This document shows, one piece after another, positions 63,455 to 64,000 of a stretch of 64,000 nucleotides of DNA; the stretch's first letter is position 1, and each line of letters opens with the position of its first letter. The stretch comes from Octopus sinensis (taxonomy: Eukaryota). Under the pieces are notes generated by a model, which worked only from the letters and a program-made list of their open reading frames with translations, had not been told where the DNA came from and searched no databases. The stretch lies in the NCBI RefSeq assembly GCF_006345805.1, contig NC_043010.1:12338001-12402000 (forward strand), given 5' to 3'. Both the position numbers and the translations under genes were made by a program.

Positions 63455-63625
63455 GGTGTCACGAGAAAAGCACCCCATATACACTGTAAAGTGGTTGACG
63501 TTAGGAAGGGCATCAAGTCATAGTAAATAAACCAAATAGACACTGGAGCAGGATGCAATTCTTGGGCCCATTGGACTCTGTCCAATTCATGCCAGCATAG
63601 AACATGGACTTTAAATGATGATGAT
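63455..63625 (+). mobile_element. RTE 3'-end copy, diverged
   Basis: GTGGTTGACGTTAGGAAGGGCATC...CCAGCATAGAACATGGACTTTAAATGATGATGAT. Confidence 0.65.
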
Positions 63626-63673
63626 AAGGAGGAGTGTGTATACATATATATATATGTGTGTGTGTGTGTTTGT

Positions 63674-63980
63674 GGAGGCGCAATGGCCCAGTGGTGAAGG
63701 CAGCGGACACACGGCCATAGGATCGCAGTTTCGATTCCCAGACCGGGCATTGTGAGTGTTTATTGAGCAAAAACACCTAAAGCTCCACAAGGCTCCGCCG
63801 GTGGGGTGGGGGAGCGATCCCTGCTGTACTCTTTCACCACAACTTTCTCTCACTCTTTCTTCTGTCGGCCTGCTTGCTTAGCCAGTGGGGTGGCATCAAT
63901 TGAAGGCTAAAAAAACAATACAAAGTGCATTGTGACCAGCGATGTGTAGCAACATCTGATTGCCTGGTTGGTCACGGTGA
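63674..63980 (+). mobile_element. Modular tRNA-SINE, body X + tail B
   Basis: Same head and body as 18719-18900, then GCTTAGCCAGTGGGGTGG...TGTGACCAGCGATGTGTAGCAACATCTGA...GGTCACG. Confidence 0.87.
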
Positions 63981-64000
63981 TATATATATAAATATATATA

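Overview
Repeat-saturated, AT-rich animal genomic DNA, most likely from a coleoid cephalopod (Octopus-type repeat landscape; this is recognition, not a database result). No host protein-coding gene could be established, and essentially all ORFs in the supplied track are translations of microsatellites or SINEs. The window is a mosaic of: (i) very long simple repeats ((TA)n, (CATA)n, (ATT)n, (ACC/ATC)n, (GATA)n); (ii) at least three tRNA-derived SINE systems (about 20 copies of a CORE-like SINE with an internal microsatellite, about 15 copies of a second SINE that forms head-to-tail multimers, and a modular family with interchangeable bodies and tails); (iii) decayed LINEs (an RTE endonuclease split by a SINE, many RTE 3' ends, plus R4/Dong, CR1/L2 and Penelope-like remnants); (iv) MITEs and fold-back elements (piggyBac-like TTAA, a TA-flanked element, a TGT..ACA element with a 5-bp TSD and a paralogous empty site, and a probable Helitron 5' end); and (v) a 2.7-kb 35-bp minisatellite with A/B dimer structure. 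The most notable signal is a set of minimal type I hammerhead-ribozyme motifs tied to Penelope-like termini and (TA)n sites. These include one canonical intact motif (29859-29913) and a ~180-bp non-coding mini-element, present in 3 copies, whose hammerhead has U instead of the conserved A at core position 6. The two loop-less palindromes in the window appear to be fold-backs of Penelope-like ends.
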